Shown in pieces: positions 1 through 8,731 of a DNA stretch of 51,539 nt. Each line of letters begins with the position of its first letter. The stretch's first letter is position 1. Where the stretch lies: the NCBI GenBank assembly GCA_964501035.1, contig CAZCRK010000006.1, positions 1 through 51,539 of the forward strand. The letters run 5' to 3'. The translations under genes were made by a program, and so were the position numbers. Below the pieces are notes generated by a model. It had not been told where the DNA came from, ran no database searches, and was given only the letters and a program-made list of their open reading frames with translations.

Positions 1-1022
1 GGAAATGTATCTGACCAAGGACTATATTCAGCCATGGGTACGGGTCTTAGTTTGTGATATTTTTCTACCACACCATCATTTGATAAACTTGCTACAGAGT
101 TAAAATATAAATAATCAGTATTTGATTTTTCATAGAAAGTAGTTCCAGTAATTAGTTTTGCATCAAATTTGTTTAACATATCTACAACTTGTTTTCTATA
201 AAATGGTTTATTTTGTAGAAAAAAGTCTGGTGTTGAGGATTCAGGCCAAAAAATAAGAGAAACATCTTCAGGAGCATTTTGTACTGTCAATTCTATTAAT
301 GTGTTTAAATTTTGTTTATCAAAATGTTGATCATGTTTGTTTCTCAAATGGATATTTGGTTGAATTGAGGTAATAAAAATTCCACTATCTATATCAACAT
401 GTGGTGGAGTAAGAATATACCCTGTTATCCATACTGATGTAAAAATCAATAATGTTTGAAAAGCTTTTTTTATAGAAAATGAAGACAACAATGAAAACAA
501 ACTAACATTAACTAATACTATCCAAAACGAAATTCCATAAATCCCAGTTATTTCAGCATTTTGAATTAGTGTTAAATATTCTGTTTGTGTGTTTGCTAAG
601 GAAACCCATGGAAAACCCAAAGCATCAAATGAGCGTAAGTACTCCATACTTACCCAAATAAATGGGAAAAGCCATATTGATTGTTTTCCAATTATTTGCT
701 GAATATTTCGCCATACAAATATTGCAATTGTTGGCCATAAAGCCAGATACAAAACAGCAAACAACATAGAAATAATGCCAATCGTTCTCGTTGTTCCAAT
801 GTTAAACCCGAGCCAATATATTGTTACTAGGTAATGAAGAAAAGCCCAAAATAATGAGATTAAAACACTTTTTCTATTGGTCATATTTTGATTAAATGTT
901 ATCACTTTGAATAATGGAATAAGCCCAAACCATGCAAACCAACCCAGGTGTAAGGGATGAAATGAAATCCCCATTAAAATAGCTGAGATTGACAAATATA
1001 GTAGTGTTTTATGTTTGTTCAT
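1..1022 (-). CDS. lnt: Apolipoprotein N-acyltransferase (3' end runs off the window)
   Basis: Not in the ORF track; translated by hand from ATG at 1022 (MNKHKTLLYLSISAILMGISFHP...). It has several TM helices, EYLRSFDALGFPW, QPNI, the catalytic WPES and the YFNS...K.RPVPMAEY motifs. The frame is open to position 1. Confidence 0.93.
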   Translation of the reverse strand, partial: MNKHKTLLYLSISAILMGISFHPLHLGWFAWFGLIPLFKVITFNQNMTNRKSVLISLFWAFLHYLVTIYWLGFNIGTTRTIGIISMLFAVLYLALWPTIAIFVWRNIQQIIGKQSIWLFPFIWVSMEYLRSFDALGFPWVSLANTQTEYLTLIQNAEITGIYGISFWIVLVNVSLFSLLSSFSIKKAFQTLLIFTSVWITGYILTPPHVDIDSGIFITSIQPNIHLRNKHDQHFDKQNLNTLIELTVQNAPEDVSLIFWPESSTPDFFLQNKPFYRKQVVDMLNKFDAKLITGTTFYEKSNTDYLYFNSVASLSNDGVVEKYHKLRPVPMAEYSPWSDTF

Positions 1023-1432
1023 TAATATGAATCTAGATATTCTTGGAGAAATAATGCTGCAGCTGTTTGATCAATATCACCCTTATTATGCCCTGTTTTC
1101 ACTCCTTGTTCTACTAATGATCGTTGAGCTGAAATCGAGCTTAATCTCTCATCGATAGTTTCAATTGGAATTTCAATATTTTGCTGTAAATTTTGTATAA
1201 ATTCAATTACAATTTTTGTTTGAACTGACTCAGTATTTTTCAATGTTTTTGGCAACCCAATGACTAATCTTTCTATATTATTTTTTGTAATTAATTTATT
1301 TATTTCTGTTGTGTAATCTGGAGTAAACTTTCTATCGATAATAGTAAGAGGAGATGCAATGATTTTAAGTGGATCAGAAATAGCAACTCCTATTCTTCTT
1401 TCTCCAACATCCAGTGCTAAAATTCGCTTCAA
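1022..1432 (-). CDS. ruvX: RuvX/YqgF pre-16S rRNA nuclease (Holliday-junction-resolvase-like)
   Basis: ILALDVGERRIGVAISD, VIGLP, DERLSS and IDQTAAALFLQ motifs. Start moved from 1444 to TTG at 1432, which overlaps the upstream TGA (TTGA). Confidence 0.93.
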   Translation of the reverse strand: MKRILALDVGERRIGVAISDPLKIIASPLTIIDRKFTPDYTTEINKLITKNNIERLVIGLPKTLKNTESVQTKIVIEFIQNLQQNIEIPIETIDERLSSISAQRSLVEQGVKTGHNKGDIDQTAAALFLQEYLDSY

Positions 1433-1746
1433 TTGACATTCCACTCTTGAGAGAGCACTTTACGAATATTCTTACCTACTTTAAAATGGACTTTTCTATG
1501 GGGTGGAACATAAATTTCTTCATTTGTCTTTGGGTTTCGAGCCTTTGGCTTTGCCTTAGCTGGTTTTACTTCGAATACACCAAAATTACGTAGTTCTATA
1601 CGAGTTTTATCATTCGATTCTTCAAGCATATCACCCATCGTATCTAAAAAAGAATCTAATATAATCTTTAACTCGTCTAATGAAATATTTAATTTGTCAG
1701 AAGTTCTTCGAAGAATATCCATACGAGTATATGTTATTGGTTTCAT
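1429..1746 (-). CDS. HU/IHF-family DNA-binding protein
   Basis: 105 aa with IELRNFGVFEVK...ARNPKTNEEIYVP...FKVGK, the HU/IHF signature. Confidence 0.92.
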   Translation of the reverse strand: MKPITYTRMDILRRTSDKLNISLDELKIILDSFLDTMGDMLEESNDKTRIELRNFGVFEVKPAKAKPKARNPKTNEEIYVPPHRKVHFKVGKNIRKVLSQEWNVN

Positions 1747-3948
1747 TTACATCCTTTCCACATGTACAATATCTTTTATTTGCCGTAAAATTCGTTGAAG
1801 TCGATTTAACTGTTTCGTATCACGTATTTCCAAAATCATTATACACGATACTATCCCCTCATTTGCTCGGATATCAACACTTGTGATATTTATATTTAAT
1901 GAAGAAATTGCTTCTGTCATATCCTTAAGGAAATTTTTTCTATCTTCAGCCATTATTTTTAAACGTACAATGAATGATTTATCAGCTTTTACATCCCAAT
2001 TTACGTTGATAAATCTATCTTCATTTTCTAAGACAGGTATATTCGAGCACGTACTTCGATGTACTGTAACTCCACGGCCACGAGTAATATAACCCACAAT
2101 ATCATCACCTGGAATGGGACTACAGCATTTAGCAAATGAAATCAAAGTATTGGAGATGCCATCAACTTTAACTCCTTTTGCAACGCCTCTAGCTCGATTA
2201 ATAAATCGTTTTGTTAGCGATTCTCCTTCTGGGTCATTAACTTGGGTTTCCTCATGACTTTCATCATATTTTTCAATAATATTTCTTACAGTTAACTGGC
2301 CATTTGCTATGGCAGAATAAATCATATCTTCAGTGCTAAACCCTAATGCACCCGGTGATTCCTTAATTTTAGCATGTAAAGATAATCGTTTTAATCGTCG
2401 TAGTGTCTTTTCTACAATTTCTTTACCAAGTTGAATACTTTGTTTATGTTGCTCTCGTTTAACCCATCTTTTGATATGGGATTTTGCCTTTGCAGTTTTA
2501 ACAAATTTAAGCCACGCATAGCTAGGTGTCTGACTATCTGAAGTAATGACTTCTACTGAATCACCGTTGTTTAGCTTTGTATTCAGTGGAACAATTTTTC
2601 CGTTTACTTTTGCACCAATACAATGCATTCCAACCTGTGTATGAACTGAAAATGCGAAATCAACAGGCGTAGATTCTGCATTTAACGATATTACATCTCC
2701 CTTTGGAGTAAAGATAAAAATTTCATCTTGAAATAAATCAACTTTTAAAATATTTAGAAACTCATTAGGGTTTTGCCCCTCACTTTGAAGGGCATCGACA
2801 AGCTCTCTTAACCATTTCATATGCATATCAATTTGAGTATCTTTAGATTTTATAGAGCCACTTTCTTTATATACCCAATGTGCAGCAACACCAATCTCAG
2901 CAGTTTTATCCATTTCTTCAGTTCGAATTTGAATCTCAACCATTTTCCCATTTTTACCAAAGACAGTAGTATGAATCGATTGGTAACCATTGCTTTTTGG
3001 TGTAGCAATATAATCTTTAAATCGTTCTTGCAATGGAGTATATATTTGATGTGCAATACCCAAAACTGCATAACATTGTTCTACTTTTTCAACAATAACA
3101 CGAATTGCAAATAAGTCAAACAATTCTTCATACTTCTTATTCCTTTTTTGCATTTTACCAAAAATAGAATAATAGTGTTTAGCTCTTCCAAACACCCGTG
3201 CTTTAATATCAAATTTTTCCAATTCAGTTTCAATAGGTTCTGAAAAATGTTTTATATATTTTTCACGTTCTTTTTTTGATGAACGTATTTTCTTTTGAAG
3301 ATTTTTATATGACTCTGGTTCAAGTGTCTTTAACACAAGATCTTCTAACTCAACTTTAAGCTGATTCATTCCCAACCTATGAGCAAGTGGAGTAAATACA
3401 TCCCTAGTTTCAATTGCAATTCTTCTTTGCTTTATTAAAGGGAGATGTCCAAGAGTTTTCATATTATGTAATCTATCTGCAAATTTGATAATAATAACCC
3501 TTATATCTTTTGCCACAGATAAAAACATCTTCATAAAATTTTCAGCTTGTTTTTCTTGACGAGTATTAAATTTGATACCAGATAATTTTGAAACTCCATC
3601 AACTAATTCTGCAATTTCAGGATTAAACTCATTGGCTAATATCTCATGTGATACATCAGTATCTTCAACTGTATCATGTAGCAAACCTGCAATGATTGTA
3701 TTTACATCCATTCGCCATTCAGCTAATTTTACCCCTACTGCTGAACAATGAATAAAATATGGTTTACCTGACCTACGAAGTTGACCCTTGTGTGCATTTT
3801 CACCAAACTGATATGCTTTCCACAATAAATCTACTGTATCTTGGTTTGGTTCACTATTTTGGTATAAATTTTCAAGGATAGTAATAAAATCTTTAGGATA
3901 GCCTTTTTCAAACCCAGGGAGGATTTTTTTTAATGTGTTTAAAATCAT
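1747..3948 (-). CDS. rel: Bifunctional (p)ppGpp synthetase/hydrolase (long RSH, Rel/SpoT)
   Basis: Intact HD hydrolase motif LLHDTVEDT, synthetase RFKDYI...NGYQSIHT, TGS domain, CCSP..GD zinc region and C-terminal ACT domain. Confidence 0.96.
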   Translation of the reverse strand: MILNTLKKILPGFEKGYPKDFITILENLYQNSEPNQDTVDLLWKAYQFGENAHKGQLRRSGKPYFIHCSAVGVKLAEWRMDVNTIIAGLLHDTVEDTDVSHEILANEFNPEIAELVDGVSKLSGIKFNTRQEKQAENFMKMFLSVAKDIRVIIIKFADRLHNMKTLGHLPLIKQRRIAIETRDVFTPLAHRLGMNQLKVELEDLVLKTLEPESYKNLQKKIRSSKKEREKYIKHFSEPIETELEKFDIKARVFGRAKHYYSIFGKMQKRNKKYEELFDLFAIRVIVEKVEQCYAVLGIAHQIYTPLQERFKDYIATPKSNGYQSIHTTVFGKNGKMVEIQIRTEEMDKTAEIGVAAHWVYKESGSIKSKDTQIDMHMKWLRELVDALQSEGQNPNEFLNILKVDLFQDEIFIFTPKGDVISLNAESTPVDFAFSVHTQVGMHCIGAKVNGKIVPLNTKLNNGDSVEVITSDSQTPSYAWLKFVKTAKAKSHIKRWVKREQHKQSIQLGKEIVEKTLRRLKRLSLHAKIKESPGALGFSTEDMIYSAIANGQLTVRNIIEKYDESHEETQVNDPEGESLTKRFINRARGVAKGVKVDGISNTLISFAKCCSPIPGDDIVGYITRGRGVTVHRSTCSNIPVLENEDRFINVNWDVKADKSFIVRLKIMAEDRKNFLKDMTEAISSLNINITSVDIRANEGIVSCIMILEIRDTKQLNRLQRILRQIKDIVHVERM

Positions 3949-3950
3949 AA

Positions 3951-5312
3951 TTATGAGGGGAGATTGTTAGCGTATTCTTGATGAGATTCAGCTAAATTCT
4001 CAAAACGTGCATATTTGTCAATAAATGAGACATGAACAACACCAGTAGGACCATTACGATGTTTAGCAATAATGACTTCACCACGTCCAAAGTCTTCATC
4101 GTCTTTTGAGTACACATACTCTCTGAATATGAACATAATAATATCTGCATCTTGTTCTATTGCTCCACTTTCACGTAAATCTGACATTATAGGCCTATGA
4201 TCAGATCTTGATTCGACTGCTCGTGATAACTGCGAAAGTGCAATAACTGGAATTTCTAATTCTTTAGCTAATGCTTTTAATGAACGAGATATATAGGAAA
4301 TTTCCTGCTGACGGCTTTCAGATTTGCTTGGAGCATTCAATAATTGTATATAATCAACAAATAAGATATCTATTTCTTTTTCAACTTTTAACTGCCTTGC
4401 TTTTGCACGCAATTCCATAATATTTAATCCAGCAGAATCATCAATAAATATTTGTGCTTCAGAAAGAGGTCCAGCAGCTCTTGACAGTTTTTTCCACTCA
4501 GGTTTTGGAAGCATACCTGTTCTAACCAAGTGACTATCAACTCGTGCTTCAGCCGTTAACAACCTCTCAACCAATTGTTGATTAGACATTTCCAGACTAA
4601 AAATTCCTACTTTGTGACCATATTCTACTGCGCAATTACGAGCAAGTGACAATGCCAAAGCAGTTTTTCCCATAGATGGTCTTCCAGCGAGAATTACTAA
4701 ATCGGATTTTTGAAAACCCGATAGTAAATCATCTAATTTTTTAAATCCAGATGGAACCCCAGTTAAAGTTCCTTGTTTTCTATTTCCCCAATTATCCAAG
4801 ACATCATGCAATAGCGGTTCCATTTCTTTGAACCTATCTCTCTGAGCATGTTGGGATAAATTGAAAAGAACTTGTTCAGCTTTGTCTAAGATATTTGTTG
4901 CATCTTCCTGGCTTTCGTAAGCTTCAGTACTCATAGTAACAGCAGTTTTTATCACATGACGTAGAATTGCTTTGTCTTTGACAATTCTAGCATAATATTC
5001 CACATTTTGTGCCGATGGTGCTGAAGATGCTAATCCAGTAATAAAATAAGAACCACCTACAGTATCTAATTGTCCTGATTTTTTTAATTTTTCAATTAAG
5101 CTTATACTATCAATGGAAATATTCTCATCAAACAATTCTAACATATTTGAGAAAATGATTGCATGATTAGAATTATAAAAACTATCCGCTTGTAAATGAT
5201 GCATTGCCCTTGGTGTTGATTCGGGATCAATTAACATACATCCAAGAACAGCTTCTTCAGCTTCAATTGCTTGGGGTGGTAATCTTAAGTTTTGATCAGA
5301 CGTATCAACCAT
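3951..5312 (-). CDS. dnaB: Replicative DNA helicase
   Basis: PPQAIEAEEAVLG N-terminus, Walker A GRPSMGKT, DYIQL, SQLSR, DLRESGAIEQDAD and KHRNGPTG. No intein. Confidence 0.98.
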   Translation of the reverse strand: MVDTSDQNLRLPPQAIEAEEAVLGCMLIDPESTPRAMHHLQADSFYNSNHAIIFSNMLELFDENISIDSISLIEKLKKSGQLDTVGGSYFITGLASSAPSAQNVEYYARIVKDKAILRHVIKTAVTMSTEAYESQEDATNILDKAEQVLFNLSQHAQRDRFKEMEPLLHDVLDNWGNRKQGTLTGVPSGFKKLDDLLSGFQKSDLVILAGRPSMGKTALALSLARNCAVEYGHKVGIFSLEMSNQQLVERLLTAEARVDSHLVRTGMLPKPEWKKLSRAAGPLSEAQIFIDDSAGLNIMELRAKARQLKVEKEIDILFVDYIQLLNAPSKSESRQQEISYISRSLKALAKELEIPVIALSQLSRAVESRSDHRPIMSDLRESGAIEQDADIIMFIFREYVYSKDDEDFGRGEVIIAKHRNGPTGVVHVSFIDKYARFENLAESHQEYANNLPS

Positions 5313-5980
5313 TAGTTCGCCAAATAGTTATCTCGTATCACTTTAAAATCATCCCATGCTGGACGTTTTAAATTAGGATTTCTTAGCAAAACTGCTGGGT
5401 GGTAAGTACATAGTAAATCGATATTTTCATAAGAATGAATTTTATTGCGAAGGTTTGTAAGACTTTCTTTAGTTTTTAATAAAGTTATAGAGGATATCCG
5501 TCCCAATGTAACGATTAGTTTAGGATTAATAATTTCTAATTGTTTCTTTAGATATGATTCACATAACTCAACTTCTGAAGGCAAGGGATCTCTATTTTTT
5601 GGTGGTCTGCATTTCAAAACATTCACAATAAAAACACTTGAACGGTCTAACTGAATTGCTTCCAGCATTTTATCAAGCAATTTGCCTGATCTTCCAACAA
5701 ATGGAATACCTTGTAAATCTTCTTTTTCACCGGGTGCTTCACCTACAAAAACAATATCTGCATTTGGGTTTCCACTTCCAAAAACAAAATTTGTTCGTGT
5801 TTCACTTAGTGCACAAAGATCACATGTCTTAATTTCATCCTTGAAAGTTTTTAAGGAATAGTTTTCGTTTGAGACAGGTTCGTTTTTATTTAAATAAATT
5901 GTATTACCAAATAGTTCTTGATATTGTTTTAAATATTGAACTTGTAATGGATCTAAATCAGTCTTCTGTACTTTCGTCAT
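5312..5980 (-). CDS. Uracil-DNA glycosylase family 4 (Fe-S type)
   Basis: CDLC, VGEAPG, PFVGRSG, NVLKCRPPKNRDP and YHPA motifs. Start is uncertain; ATG 5980 preferred over 6010 to reduce overlap with rpoZ. Confidence 0.92.
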   Translation of the reverse strand: MTKVQKTDLDPLQVQYLKQYQELFGNTIYLNKNEPVSNENYSLKTFKDEIKTCDLCALSETRTNFVFGSGNPNADIVFVGEAPGEKEDLQGIPFVGRSGKLLDKMLEAIQLDRSSVFIVNVLKCRPPKNRDPLPSEVELCESYLKKQLEIINPKLIVTLGRISSITLLKTKESLTNLRNKIHSYENIDLLCTYHPAVLLRNPNLKRPAWDDFKVIRDNYLAN

Positions 5981-6233
5981 TTTCTGATTCATACCACTCA
6001 AGTTCTCCACCCATTAACTCATTTACTGCTTTAACAATTGGTTTTTCTACATCAAAGTCTTCATCTGGAATTACTTCTAATTCTATTGAATCTTCTACTT
6101 CTTCCATTGATTCTAAATCAATGGATTGTGAATCAATAATTTGTTTAGCTCTTCTAGCTGAAACAACTATATCTGTATAAATATCATCGGATTGATGAAA
6201 CAATTCACTCATAGGTATTGTTTTGATTTTCAT
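5958..6233 (-). CDS. rpoZ: RNA polymerase omega subunit
   Basis: 91 aa acidic protein with IY..IVV.ARRAKQI and EKP...AVNEL motifs, directly downstream of gmk. Confidence 0.85.
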   Translation of the reverse strand: MKIKTIPMSELFHQSDDIYTDIVVSARRAKQIIDSQSIDLESMEEVEDSIELEVIPDEDFDVEKPIVKAVNELMGGELEWYESENDESTED

Positions 6234-6811
6234 TTAAGTTCCTTTTTAATAGTTTCTAAAACTTTTTGGGTTGTTTTCTCAATATCACCATTTACAAAAT
6301 GAAATTGAAACTTTTCCTTGTATTCAATTTCAACTTGAAAACGTTTGAGTCGTTGTTTTATCAAAGTAGAAGAGTCATTTCCTCTTTTTTGCAATCTATC
6401 TTCTAAGATTTCAAGTTGCTCAGGGATATCTTCTCCAGGTGGTTCAATAAAAATAGAAATAGTTTCATCTGGAAATTCTTCCATTATTGTGGTACCACCC
6501 TTGACGTCAATATCAAGGAGCATTATATCACCATTATCTAAAGCATCTTCAAGGGGTGAAATGAGTGTACCATACTTATTTCCATGCACCCATTCCCATT
6601 CTAAAAAGTCTCCAAATTTAACATAATGTTCAAATTTATCAACGCTCATGAAAATATAATCATCACCATCAACTTCATTTTCACGCTTTGGACGTGTTGT
6701 AGCTGATACAGAAAATTTCCAATCTTTATTTAATTCTAACAACTTTTTACAGATTGTAGTTTTTCCTGTTCCTGATGGTGCTGACAATACAACAAGTTTT
6801 CCTGTACTCAT
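6230..6811 (-). CDS. gmk: Guanylate kinase
   Basis: SAPSGTGKTT P-loop, SATTRPKRENEVDGDDY, HGNKYGT and LDIDVKG. Confidence 0.97.
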   Translation of the reverse strand: MSTGKLVVLSAPSGTGKTTICKKLLELNKDWKFSVSATTRPKRENEVDGDDYIFMSVDKFEHYVKFGDFLEWEWVHGNKYGTLISPLEDALDNGDIMLLDIDVKGGTTIMEEFPDETISIFIEPPGEDIPEQLEILEDRLQKRGNDSSTLIKQRLKRFQVEIEYKEKFQFHFVNGDIEKTTQKVLETIKKELK

Positions 6812-7683
6812 ACTATATTTTGCACCTGTTCTCTAATTTTTTCCAGTTCATTTTTCATTTCAACTACTAGATGACTTACTTCTACAATATCCGTTTTAGA
6901 GCCAATTGTATTTATTTCTCTTCCCAACTCTTGAATCAAAAAATTCAATTTCTTTCCCACAATTTCTTCATTACCTAAAATTGTGTTAAAAAGTTGGATA
7001 TGGCTATTCAAGCGAATAAGCTCTTCAGTCACATCTTTCTTATCAATCAAAATAGCAACTTCTTGATACAAACGATCATCATCAAATGTATAATCGGTTG
7101 TTAATTGATTTAACCGTTCTTTATACTTTTCTAAATTCCCAGGAAGTAAATTTTTACTTTTTTCATCTACAGTTTTTGATAAAGATTGGATTTTATTTAT
7201 CCTTTCTTCTATATCTACCTGTAAATTCTGCCCCTCTAGTTTGCGTATATTTTCCATTTCTTCCAAGGATAATTTTACAGTTTCAAAAAGTAATTTTATA
7301 AACTCTTCAGAAATTTCATTTTTTTGTACTTTAACTACCTCAGGTATCTTCAATAACTGACTAATTGGAATAGTTTCATCCCTTTGTAGTTCTTTGTTGA
7401 TATCTTCAACTAAGTCTAAATACTGGTTTAATTTATCTGCATTTAAAACCAACGACTGTGTTGTATATTTAACAAATTCAGCAGAAACATACAATGCAAT
7501 TTTACCTCGACTGCAATTATCTTTTACGAATTTATTAATTTTATCTTCTTGTTCAGAAAAAATTGATGGTAATCTAGTAGAAATTTCAAAATATCTACTA
7601 TTCAAAGATTTGATTTCTACAGTGATTGAGCAGTCATCATTGCTTTGAGTAACTTTACCATAACCTGTCATACTTTTTATCAT
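6808..7683 (-). CDS. yicC: YicC/YloC-family endoribonuclease
   Basis: MIKSMTGYG start, KSLNSRY, DVTEELIRL, GKKLNFLIQELGREINTIGSK and EKIREQVQNI. Confidence 0.96.
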   Translation of the reverse strand: MIKSMTGYGKVTQSNDDCSITVEIKSLNSRYFEISTRLPSIFSEQEDKINKFVKDNCSRGKIALYVSAEFVKYTTQSLVLNADKLNQYLDLVEDINKELQRDETIPISQLLKIPEVVKVQKNEISEEFIKLLFETVKLSLEEMENIRKLEGQNLQVDIEERINKIQSLSKTVDEKSKNLLPGNLEKYKERLNQLTTDYTFDDDRLYQEVAILIDKKDVTEELIRLNSHIQLFNTILGNEEIVGKKLNFLIQELGREINTIGSKTDIVEVSHLVVEMKNELEKIREQVQNIV

Positions 7684-7710
7684 AACATATTCCCTAGATG
7701 CAGGGCAGAA

Positions 7711-7739
7711 ATATTAAGCATTAACACCCTATTTATCAA
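7711..7739 (-). promoter_or_regulatory. Putative sigma70 promoter of the yicC-gmk-rpoZ...lnt operon
   Basis: Minus strand TTGATA-N17-TAATAT, 27 nt upstream of the yicC ATG. Confidence 0.5.
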
Positions 7740-7756
7740 AGTTTTATCAAAAATAA

Positions 7757-8731
7757 TTATGGTCTTAATCCTTCTGATAGTTTCGACACTTTTTTAATAT
7801 CAAAAATTAAACTAATCTTATGGTTAACTGCAACTTCGCTTAAAACTCTATTTTGATTAACGGAATATATAAAATCAATAAATCGTGTACGAGTACTAAA
7901 ACCTAAGGACCAATTTATAGTACTAGAGCTACCTAAAAAGAATTGAAATCCATCCAACATCTGAATTTCTACACCAGTGGCAAACTCTATTTTTTCATTT
8001 GTGTTTGTTGATTTTCCAATGTCAATCCCTAAGTTGATATATTTAGTTTTTTCATAAATACCAATTTTAAATTTCGGATAATTCAGTTGAATATTGCCAG
8101 TATTCCAATAATTTACCGAAAACACATCTTGAATGAAATATCCAATAGATAGATTTTTAGTTAAAGGAGAGTAGACACCTACATCAAAGCCAAATCCAAC
8201 AGAGTAATAATCATCAATTAAAGCTAACTTAGGTTTAAGTGATATGCCTATACTCGAAATTTTGGCATTTTTTTTAATTTTTGTAGAAAATGAAATATAA
8301 CACAAAAATTCTTGGTGGTTGGAAAAATCGATATTCTCATAATTGATATCTCCATTTGGAGCAGTTCCTTGATCAATCCATGCATTTTCTGTATTATGAA
8401 TATCATCAATCGATCGAATAATCATTCCAAAACTTGTAAAATATTTATCTTTTTGTTTTGGGTTATATACAAATTGAGTATGATTGACTAATCCGTTCCA
8501 ATGACTATCTCTTGAAATAGAAATATTGTTTTTATTGTTAAAAATAACTAATGAAGGATTCTTAAAAAGAGAACTCTCACTGTCTATTGCTAATCCAACT
8601 CCACCCATAGCTGTATGTTTAGCATCACCTGCTATTTCACTAATATCATTTCCGAAAGAAACAAACTCAACACCAAATAAAAATGGAATTGTTTGAAAAA
8701 ACAATACAATTAATTTGAAACTATTTTTCAT
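7757..8731 (-). CDS. Putative outer-membrane beta-barrel protein, PorV/PorQ/UPF0164-like
   Basis: Signal-peptide-like N-terminus. GDAKHTAMGG......SLFKNPS resembles the GAR..gMGGa...NPA hatch motif of PorV/FadL-like barrels. Amphipathic strands such as GFGFDVGVY. Confidence 0.6.
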   Translation of the reverse strand: MKNSFKLIVLFFQTIPFLFGVEFVSFGNDISEIAGDAKHTAMGGVGLAIDSESSLFKNPSLVIFNNKNNISISRDSHWNGLVNHTQFVYNPKQKDKYFTSFGMIIRSIDDIHNTENAWIDQGTAPNGDINYENIDFSNHQEFLCYISFSTKIKKNAKISSIGISLKPKLALIDDYYSVGFGFDVGVYSPLTKNLSIGYFIQDVFSVNYWNTGNIQLNYPKFKIGIYEKTKYINLGIDIGKSTNTNEKIEFATGVEIQMLDGFQFFLGSSSTINWSLGFSTRTRFIDFIYSVNQNRVLSEVAVNHKISLIFDIKKVSKLSEGLRP

